Source: a virus | Virus record (IMG/VR): IMGVR_UViG_3300010158_000051 | Coordinates: 13,820-77,819 of that record | Length of the DNA stretch: 64,000 nt | Strand: one strand, 5' to 3' | Shown: positions 56,820 to 64,000 of the stretch, one piece after another | Position numbering within the stretch: position 1 is the stretch's first letter | Layout: every line of letters begins with the position of its first letter | The notes under the pieces: generated by a model | Seen by the model: the letters and a program-made list of their open reading frames with translations, nothing else | Databases searched by the model: none | What the model was told of the DNA's origin: nothing | Program-made: the position numbers and the translations under genes

Positions 56820-56966
56820 TTAGAGGATTTCGTCTGGGTCGAAATCGGGGGTCGCTATGAATGAGAATTCATCTGAGTTCTCTTCTTCCCAAATGTCGTT
56901 CTGTTCTGAAATGAAATCGAGGGGGGATAGAGTAGAGGTTCTTTCCCAAGAGTAAGTGTATGACAT
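56820..56966 (-). CDS. Small acidic early peptide
   Basis: TAATG-coupled to an upstream 35-aa TM peptide (56966-57073). Confidence 0.5.
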   Translation of the reverse strand: MSYTYSWERTSTLSPLDFISEQNDIWEEENSDEFSFIATPDFDPDEIL

Positions 56967-57065
56967 TAGTTTAGTCCATTCTTTTTGAGGTCTTGATAGA
57001 TAGCATAGCATAGGGGTATGACAACACCCAAGAGGGCTAGTTGCACTAGGGTAGTAATTATTCTA

Positions 57066-57227
57066 TTAGTCATTTATTTCTACCTTTCGCAAGTGTGCCA
57101 CTACATTTTTAGAAACCTTTTGTAGTTCGGCTACTGTCTTATTCATCTCATCAGCACTAGACGCTATGAATCCTACACCTAGTAGTGTAGCACCATCCCA
57201 TAGTGAGTATTCTATTTTCATTTTCAT
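57066..57227 (-). CDS. 53-aa early protein (not in ORF track)
   Basis: MKMKIEYSLWDGATLLGVGF..., downstream of the 57364 promoter. Confidence 0.55.
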   Translation of the reverse strand: MKMKIEYSLWDGATLLGVGFIASSADEMNKTVAELQKVSKNVVAHLRKVEIND

Positions 57228-57420
57228 TCTTTATCTTCTTTCTGTTAGATTCTTTTTTGTTGCTTAGGATTATTTGCCCTATTGCTAGGGGCTCACCTAA
57301 GATTTTTCTACTGGCAGGGATTTTGCCTATTTACTTTTTCTACCCTTATTTAGTTATGTCGCTAGTATAGCAGGGGGGTCTGACAAATAGGGGGCGACAC
57401 GCCCTATGTGTCTATGTGAT

Positions 57421-57624
57421 TTAGCTCACACGATTAGCGAATACCCATTGGGACTCGCTAGGGGTTAGATAGCGGTGAGAGATAAGACCCTCAGAGGCTA
57501 CTAGATGGACATACGCCATACGGCTAATGTAGTTACCATTAGCAAGGCGGAAGATGGAATTAGACTTAGTATTACTACTAGCCATAGGATGAGTAGGTTC
57601 TACTACTACTGTTAGTGAGTTCAT
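57421..57624 (-). CDS. Hypothetical protein, first gene of the leftward block
   Basis: GAAAGGAG RBS before ATG 57624. Confidence 0.65.
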   Translation of the reverse strand: MNSLTVVVEPTHPMASSNTKSNSIFRLANGNYISRMAYVHLVASEGLISHRYLTPSESQWVFANRVS

Positions 57625-58175
57625 TAGAACTCCTTTCTTTATCAAGAACCTTTCTTGATTTTCTTTATAGTAGAATACTAGCACACTAAATTGGAAAAAT
57701 CAAGTCTAAACACGGCGTGTCGCAAAAAATTTATGTGATCTACCCCACATATGGGTGCAAAATGTTCGATTTGACCGTTATGTGCGGACTATTTTTTTTC
57801 AAAAAAGGTTTTTGAAAATGGAATCATACAAATTAAAATTCCATTAACATTTTGATCAAAAGTAAAATACTCATTAGTAACATAGCTATGGACAAAAATG
57901 GCGGGAACTGCTAGAATTGAGCTATGAGAATAGTTATATGTGATATTTGTAAGAAAGAAATCGAGTCTAGATCTAAATTTGCTCACATGACACTCTTAAA
58001 TCACTTAAAAGAGCATAAAAATGTGACTTAGATCACATATATGTTAAACTAGTTTATTATGAATACTTTTATAGCAGCAGTTGGAGTTGTAATTATTATC
58101 CTTATGACATTTTCTAACTTTATAGATCACTAAATATGTGATTTATGTCACACTTATAAACTCTAAACCTAAACT

Positions 58176-58421
58176 TTACTCTTCAGATTTGGTATTTTGC
58201 TCATCTTCAAATATAAAAGAAGGCGGGGGAGCAAGGACTTGTCCTTGTTGGTGCTTAAATAACATAGAATCAACATCAGCACCTAGCTTCTCACCAATCA
58301 AAGCTAACATATCATAATTTCGCTGGGATTGAATAAACATTGCACCAGATAACTCTCTTAAATTCTCTAGAATTTCTAAGATAGCGTCAGTATTGCCTAA
58401 TTCTTCGCCTAAATTACCCAT
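58176..58421 (-). CDS. Hypothetical protein
   Basis: AGGAG RBS. Confidence 0.65.
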   Translation of the reverse strand: MGNLGEELGNTDAILEILENLRELSGAMFIQSQRNYDMLALIGEKLGADVDSMLFKHQQGQVLAPPPSFIFEDEQNTKSEE

Positions 58422-58656
58422 TATCTATTTCTCCTATGATCTCTTTGGTTATATGGTCCCATTTATTGCCTTCCATTCCCGCCGAATGGTTTATTACTAA
58501 ATCTCCGTCATCGTTGGTCATTGTATAAAGCCATTTTGCGGGGCTTACAGGGCTCTTTGCGACGATTATATCATTACAGCTAAGCTCTATACTAAAATTA
58601 TCTACATCGTCGTCGTGAGCCTCTATGTAGGCTCTTTCTATACTAATTTTTGCCAT
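58414..58656 (-). CDS. Hypothetical protein
   Basis: Operon packing. Confidence 0.6.
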   Translation of the reverse strand: MAKISIERAYIEAHDDDVDNFSIELSCNDIIVAKSPVSPAKWLYTMTNDDGDLVINHSAGMEGNKWDHITKEIIGEIDNG

Positions 58657-58659
58657 ATG

Positions 58660-58902
58660 CTAATCCATTTTTTCGGGCTCACTCATTTCCGCCCTTATAA
58701 TTTCAATTAAATTATTATATAAAGTGGAGCCAGCGGTATTTTTATACCCGCATGCAAAACAGTGTAGCACGATTTTTTCTTCTTCCTGCTGATGGCTCAA
58801 TGGGAAGATCGCTTCTTCATTTTGGTGCATAGGACAGGCGAGGAAGTTTACCCTCCCCGCCTGTGCTAATTGTAAGTATTCTGAAAAGACTTGTATTCGC
58901 AT
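58660..58902 (-). CDS. Small zinc-binding protein
   Basis: CPMH...CFAC with TAATG coupling. Confidence 0.6.
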   Translation of the reverse strand: MRIQVFSEYLQLAQAGRVNFLACPMHQNEEAIFPLSHQQEEEKIVLHCFACGYKNTAGSTLYNNLIEIIRAEMSEPEKMD

Positions 58903-59591
58903 TATGCGGTCACTAAGTTAGCCCTATTTAAAACAGAATTTACATATTGCCGAACAGTAGGATTTCCTGGAACTGGTTTGTTCCAAGTGCTCTTATTTCC
59001 TGCTCGGGAGGGCAATAGGTGTGCTGCAATTGCTTTTTCCCAGTCATGGTACTTATTGTAAGTAGCGTTCAATTCCAAAATTATCTTTTGATCTTGAACC
59101 CATTCTGGGGCATGGCAAGCATCCTTGTAGCCTTTATAGTTATTCCATGTTGAAGGCATGTATTGGTACGCACCACATGCTGAACTGGATCTGGACTTGC
59201 GATAATACGCTCCCGCTCCACCTGTTTCAGTGGATTTAAGTGCATTTGCTAGTCTTGAGATTATTACCCGCTTGTCTACTCTTGTTGTTTTTAGATTTAG
59301 CTCGTGGCTATAATCGGGCATTAAAAAAGTGCTTCTAGAAGATAAATCATTAATTAAATAAAGAGTTTTATGCATTCTTTTATTTAATATATTATTATAA
59401 TCTATATTAATTATATCTTTTATATTAACTAAATTATTATATTTATTAATATATAATATATTTTTATTATACACTATTGCTTCCTTCATTGCAGCGTGTG
59501 CTTGTTGATCCACACCAAAAATTAGTGTGAGAATCATCACACATATCATTGTCCACGCTGTCCTTATCCTTGCTTTGTTCTCATTGTTCAT
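58902..59591 (-). CDS. Exported lytic transglycosylase (SLT-like)
   Basis: Signal peptide (AHA-A) and 'ETGG....Y...SSACGAYQYMPSTW'. Confidence 0.8.
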   Translation of the reverse strand: MNNENKARIRTAWTMICVMILTLIFGVDQQAHAAMKEAIVYNKNILYINKYNNLVNIKDIINIDYNNILNKRMHKTLYLINDLSSRSTFLMPDYSHELNLKTTRVDKRVIISRLANALKSTETGGAGAYYRKSRSSSACGAYQYMPSTWNNYKGYKDACHAPEWVQDQKIILELNATYNKYHDWEKAIAAHLLPSRAGNKSTWNKPVPGNPTVRQYVNSVLNRANLVTA

Positions 59592-59668
59592 TTTGAACCT
59601 CCTGGGGTAAGAGTAGTAATATCCAGTCTATCATGATATACTAAGAAAAACAACCCGAAAAGAGTGTT

Positions 59669-60670
59669 ATGCAAGTCTCATTTACTGGTGCTCCAGAATT
59701 TATGGATCGTAGCGTAGGTTACGGAGAAGCATCTAATCATATATTTAATTCATTTAACAAGCTGGGCATAGAATGTGTTGTTAAATCAAGAGAACCAAAT
59801 ATTGGTATTTCTTTTATTCAACCAACTAGTTATACATTTGCTAAAGATCAATACAAAATTGGTTATACACCTTGGGAGTCTACAGAATTACTTTGGGGAT
59901 GGGCAACTCCATTGAACCAAGTAATTGATGAACTCTGGGTAACATCCGAATGGAATGCAGAAATTTTTTCTAAGCACACTAACAAACCAATATTTATTTA
60001 TGAACACGGTATTGATGATAGTTGGATTCCTAAGAAACGTGAACTCAATAAATCCCGCCCTTTTAGATTTTTGCATGTAGGCGAACCCTCATTTAGAAAA
60101 GACGGGCAGATGGTTGTAGATGCTTTTATTGCAACGTATGGAGACAATCCAGATTACGAGCTAATTTTAAAATGCAGTAGATTAAACACTACAAGAGTTT
60201 ATGACCCTATTACTGGAGAAATTTCTGGAAGCCCAAGTGCTTTTTATAAAAATATTAAAATTATTGAATCAGAATTAAGTGTAGAGCAGATGAACGGTCT
60301 TTATGACATGTGCGATGTTTTTCTTTATCCATCTTGGGGTGAAGGTTTTGGTTTTAATCCATTACAAGCAATGGCATCTGGCATTCCAACAATATGCACA
60401 GCAGGTTGGGCAACATATTCAAGATACATAACAATGCCGTTAGATTCTAAATGGTGGGACTCACCTTGGCAATCTACGCATCCAGGATTAATGTTAAAAC
60501 CAGATTATGCACAATTAAAAGATTGCATGCAACAAATTACAAAAGATTACAAAAGATACGCAGATTTAGCTTACAAAAATGCTTTCTTAATTCATAAAGA
60601 TTACAACTGGGAAAAAGTGTCTAAACCTGCAGTTGAGAGATTGAAAAAAATACAAAAAGACCATTTTTAA
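59669..60670 (+). CDS. Glycosyltransferase family 4 (GT-B)
   Basis: 'YTPWEST', 'RKDG' and 'PSWGEGFGFNPLQAMASGIPTI'. Confidence 0.88.
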   Translation: MQVSFTGAPEFMDRSVGYGEASNHIFNSFNKLGIECVVKSREPNIGISFIQPTSYTFAKDQYKIGYTPWESTELLWGWATPLNQVIDELWVTSEWNAEIFSKHTNKPIFIYEHGIDDSWIPKKRELNKSRPFRFLHVGEPSFRKDGQMVVDAFIATYGDNPDYELILKCSRLNTTRVYDPITGEISGSPSAFYKNIKIIESELSVEQMNGLYDMCDVFLYPSWGEGFGFNPLQAMASGIPTICTAGWATYSRYITMPLDSKWWDSPWQSTHPGLMLKPDYAQLKDCMQQITKDYKRYADLAYKNAFLIHKDYNWEKVSKPAVERLKKIQKDHF

Positions 60671-60727
60671 AATTTTAGTGTGATACACTAGGAGTCTATC
60701 TAAAAAATCCGAGGAGAACTATATTAA

Positions 60728-62659
60728 ATGTCTAGAACTATTGAAAACCCATATGAAAACTTTATCGCACTATCTCGCTATGCAAGATGGTTAGAAAACG
60801 AAAATCGTCGTGAGACATGGGGTGAAACAGTAGACCGCTACTTTAATTTTATGCAAGGTCATCTTCGTGATAATCATGGTTATGTAGCAGATGAGGCACT
60901 TGTAACAGAACTTAAAGATGCAGTATTTAATCGCAATGTTATGCCGTCTATGCGTTCTGTAATGACTTCAGGACCAGCACTAGAAAGAGAAAATGTTGCA
61001 GGTTATAATTGCTCATTTATTCCAGTAGATAATCCTAGATCATTTGATGAAGCAATGTATATTCTTATGTGTGGTACTGGTGTTGGATTCTCTGTTGAGT
61101 ATAAGTATGTTAATAAACTTCCCGCCCTTCCAGAAATATTAGAAAAGTCAAACACATTGATTTCTGTTGGGGATTCTAAAGAAGGTTGGGCTAAAGCGTA
61201 CCGTGAACTTCTTTCACTTCTTTGGGCAGGACAAATTCCACAAATTGATATTAGCAAAATTCGTCCTTCAGGTGCTCGTCTTAAAACTATGGGCGGAAGA
61301 TCATCTGGACCACAACCGCTAGTTAATCTTTTTGATTTTACAATTAAAATTTTTAAGGGAGCTCTTGGTCGTCAACTTAAGCCAATTGAAGCTCACGACA
61401 TTATGTGTAAGATTGGAGAAGTTGTAGTTGTTGGAGGCGTACGTCGTTCAGCATTAATTTCTCTTTCTAATATTAATGATATTGAGATGGCAGCAGCAAA
61501 AGCTGGTAATTGGTGGGAATCAAATGCACAACGTGCCCTAGCAAATAATTCTGTTGCATATTCACGTAAACCAGAAATGGCACAATTTATAGCAGAATGG
61601 AAATCGCTTTATGATTCAAAATCGGGTGAAAGAGGTATCTACAATGTGGCAGCAGCCCAAAAGCAAGCAGCCAAATATGGTCGTCGTTCTGAAGAAATTC
61701 ATTACGGAACAAATCCTTGCTCAGAAATTATTCTACGTCCTTATCAGTTTTGTAATCTTTCAGAAGTCGTATTACGTGAAGAAGATACACCTGAAACTGT
61801 TGCAAATAAAGTTCGCCTTGCAACGATCCTAGGTACATGGCAATCAACACTTACAGACTTCAAGTATATTCGTAAAATTTGGAAAGATAATACAGAAGAA
61901 GAACGCCTACTAGGAGTTTCACTTACTGGACAATTTGGTAATAAGTTTTTTTCAGGTCAAGACGGCATGGCAAAACTTGGTGAAGTCTTAGATAGACTTC
62001 GTGAATATTCTGTTGCTACAAACATTGAAGAAGCTGGAAAAATTGGGATTTCCGCTTCTGCCGCAATCACTTGCGTTAAGCCATCAGGCACAGTATCTCA
62101 ATTGGTCGGGGTAAGCTCAGGAATGCATCCTTGGCATTCAGAATACTATATTAGAACAGTTCGTGGAGATAAGAAAGATCCAATTACACAATTCTTAAAA
62201 GATTCAGGTATTCCTGCAGAAGATGATGTAATGAAACCAAATGACACAACTGTATTTTCATTTCCAGTAAAAGCACCTTCAAATGCTATTACTAGAAATA
62301 AAGTTAATGCAATTCAACAACTTGAAATTTGGCTTACATATCAACGCCATTGGTGTGAGCATAAGCCTTCTGTAACTATTACTGTTAAAGAAGATGAATG
62401 GATGGAAGTTGGAGCATGGGTTTATAAGCATTTTGACGAATGCTCTGGAATCTCTTTTCTTCCATATTCTGATCATACATATGCTCAAGCTCCATATCAA
62501 GAAGTTGAAAAAGAAGCTTATGATGAACTTGTTGCAAAAATGCCAAAAGCCATAAATTGGGAAGCATTATCACTATATGAGCTAGAAGACTCAACTACTG
62601 GATCTCAAGCATTGGCTTGTGTATCTGGGGAATGTGAAATTGTAGATATTAACCAATAA
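60728..62659 (+). CDS. nrdJ: Class II (B12-dependent) ribonucleotide reductase
   Basis: 'RRETWGETVDR', 'YNCSF', 'GGVRRSA', 'TNPCSEI', 'CVKPSGT' and C-terminal 'ACVSGECE'. Confidence 0.95.
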   Translation: MSRTIENPYENFIALSRYARWLENENRRETWGETVDRYFNFMQGHLRDNHGYVADEALVTELKDAVFNRNVMPSMRSVMTSGPALERENVAGYNCSFIPVDNPRSFDEAMYILMCGTGVGFSVEYKYVNKLPALPEILEKSNTLISVGDSKEGWAKAYRELLSLLWAGQIPQIDISKIRPSGARLKTMGGRSSGPQPLVNLFDFTIKIFKGALGRQLKPIEAHDIMCKIGEVVVVGGVRRSALISLSNINDIEMAAAKAGNWWESNAQRALANNSVAYSRKPEMAQFIAEWKSLYDSKSGERGIYNVAAAQKQAAKYGRRSEEIHYGTNPCSEIILRPYQFCNLSEVVLREEDTPETVANKVRLATILGTWQSTLTDFKYIRKIWKDNTEEERLLGVSLTGQFGNKFFSGQDGMAKLGEVLDRLREYSVATNIEEAGKIGISASAAITCVKPSGTVSQLVGVSSGMHPWHSEYYIRTVRGDKKDPITQFLKDSGIPAEDDVMKPNDTTVFSFPVKAPSNAITRNKVNAIQQLEIWLTYQRHWCEHKPSVTITVKEDEWMEVGAWVYKHFDECSGISFLPYSDHTYAQAPYQEVEKEAYDELVAKMPKAINWEALSLYELEDSTTGSQALACVSGECEIVDINQ

Positions 62660-62689
62660 ATGGTAAAATATAACCTATAGGGGTGTGAT

Positions 62690-63034
62690 ATGGCTATTAA
62701 AGAAATTAATTATGATATTATCCAAAACGATACTTGGTCTGTTGATATAACTGTTAAAGATTCAGTAGGAACATTAATAAATTTTAACGGATATAATTTT
62801 TTAATGGAAGTAAGAGATAAAGAAGGCGGAAACATTTTATGTGCTACCGCAAGCTTGGGTAGCGGAATTACAGTCACTGGAACAGGCGTTATTCATGTTG
62901 AGTTAACCCCAGCTCAAACAAATAAATTTAATTTACCAAAATCCAAATATCAAATCATATCTATAGATGGAAGTTTAAGGCGTAAAACTCTTGTACAAGG
63001 ATGGTTTCAAGTTAGGCCTAACACCATACTATAA
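62690..63034 (+). CDS. Virion structural protein (BppU-like Ig fold)
   Basis: 'IIQNDTW...G.I.VELTPAQT...Y......LVQG.F.V'. Confidence 0.55.
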   Translation: MAIKEINYDIIQNDTWSVDITVKDSVGTLINFNGYNFLMEVRDKEGGNILCATASLGSGITVTGTGVIHVELTPAQTNKFNLPKSKYQIISIDGSLRRKTLVQGWFQVRPNTIL

Positions 63035-64000
63035 TGACAGATAATATTTATGTACAACAAATAAATAATGAAGTAACCATATCTTCTGCGGGATATCAAG
63101 GTCCTACAGGTATTCAAGGTCCTTTGGGTTTTCAGGGCACACAAGGTATTCAAGTACAAGGTATACAAGGCACACAGGGTGTGCAAGGTACACAGGGCGT
63201 GCAAGGCACGCAAGGTATTCAAGTTCAAGGCACACAAGGTGTGCAAGGTACACAAGGTATACAGGGGTTACAAGGCACACAGGGTGTGCAAGGTACAACT
63301 GGTTCTCAAGGCACACAAGGTGTGCAAGGCACAACAGGTTCTCAGGGCACACAAGGTGTGCAAGGTACAACTGGTTCTCAAGGCACACAAGGAACTCAAG
63401 GTGTTCAAGGTACGCAAGGCGTACAAGGAACTCAAGGTGTAGTAGGACGAGACGGTAACTTTGGCGGGGCATCATTTGATTATACTTTTACAACTGCTAC
63501 AACTAATGCTGATCCAGGCATAGGAAAATTAAACCTTAATAATATAGTTGTTGCAAGTGCTACACAAATCTACTTAGATAACAGTGATGATAATTCTACA
63601 AACTTAACTTCATTTTTAAATACAATTGGTAATTCAACATCAACAATTAAAGGTCACTTTAGAATTTCTAAGAAATTTGATTCAAGTGCATTTATGTTGT
63701 TTACAATATCTTCTACAGTAGATAACACTGGATGGTTTACTGTTGGTTGTTCTTATGTTTCTGGTAATGGAACTTTTGCCAACAATGAAGATATAATTAT
63801 TACTTTTGCAAAAACGGGTGATAAAGGTGATACTGGTTTACAAGGTACACAAGGTTTACAGGGGTTTGGATACGCTCAACTCCAAGGCACACAAGGTGTG
63901 CAAGGTCTACAAGGTTTACAAGGCACACAAGGTGTGCAAGGCACACAGGGTGTGCAAGGTACTCAAGGCGTGCAAGGCACGCAAGGTCTACAAGGTTTAC
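63034..64000 (+). CDS. Collagen-like (G-X-Q repeat) fibre protein, 3' truncated
   Basis: ATG overlaps the previous stop. (GTQ/GVQ)n repeats at 63090-63460 and 63815-64000 flank a globular domain. Confidence 0.85.
   Translation, partial: MTDNIYVQQINNEVTISSAGYQGPTGIQGPLGFQGTQGIQVQGIQGTQGVQGTQGVQGTQGIQVQGTQGVQGTQGIQGLQGTQGVQGTTGSQGTQGVQGTTGSQGTQGVQGTTGSQGTQGTQGVQGTQGVQGTQGVVGRDGNFGGASFDYTFTTATTNADPGIGKLNLNNIVVASATQIYLDNSDDNSTNLTSFLNTIGNSTSTIKGHFRISKKFDSSAFMLFTISSTVDNTGWFTVGCSYVSGNGTFANNEDIIITFAKTGDKGDTGLQGTQGLQGFGYAQLQGTQGVQGLQGLQGTQGVQGTQGVQGTQGVQGTQGLQGL

Larger units (their letters stand above)
47492..57385 (-). promoter_or_regulatory. Array of 14 TGTCAG-N10-TAnnnT (RecA-NDp/PafBC-type) promoters
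   Basis: Copies at 47492, 48480, 49999, 50096, 50802, 50954, 52316, 53612, 53728, 54548, 54880, 55890, 56787 and 57364 (22 bp each, all minus strand). TGTCAT variant at 57002. Confidence 0.85.

Noticed and set aside
46200-57700. Integron or prophage integration module
   Set aside because: No integrase, recombinase, attC-like structure or host genes appear in the window.
63007-63475. Repetitive ORFs in other frames
   Set aside because: Shadows of the collagen G-X-Q repeat gene starting at 63034.
1-64000. Stop-codon reassignment
   Set aside because: Core genes are full length in the standard code, TAA, TAG and TGA all terminate genes, and no suppressor tRNA was found.

Overview
This is a 64 kb slice of a large, AT-rich tailed dsDNA phage, most likely an actinophage. 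The actinobacterial host is inferred from a WhiB gene, an FmdB-type zinc ribbon, actinobacterial LexA/ArgR/PafBC-type DNA motifs, and a DnaE/RecA/DnaB/Cas4/RuvC gene set like that of large Streptomyces/freshwater actinophages. Layout: tail and fibre genes (1-11.2 kb); holin plus replication/recombination genes (11.5-24.7 kb); sugar/nucleotide-modification genes and terminase (24.8-29 kb); tRNAs, stress/chaperone genes, endolysin and surface proteins (29-45.6 kb); a leftward block of small early-type genes (46.2-57.7 kb); then a lytic transglycosylase, a GT4, a class II RNR and a collagen-like fibre running off the end. The main signal is non-coding. (i) The leftward block carries 14 exact TGTCAG-N10-TAnnnT promoters, the architecture of the actinobacterial RecA-NDp/PafBC DNA-damage promoter. 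(ii) Its intergenic spacers are ordered hubs of matches to host regulator sites: 9 perfect CRP/GlxR boxes, a perfect LexA box, tandem ARG boxes, DnaA boxes, a parS, MraZ repeats, GACAC (WhiA-type) elements and several unassigned motifs. (iii) There are four copies of a small RNA pseudoknot with covarying stems, plus other candidate ncRNAs. All calls come from reading the sequence by eye. No database search or folding program was run, and coordinates were counted by hand.
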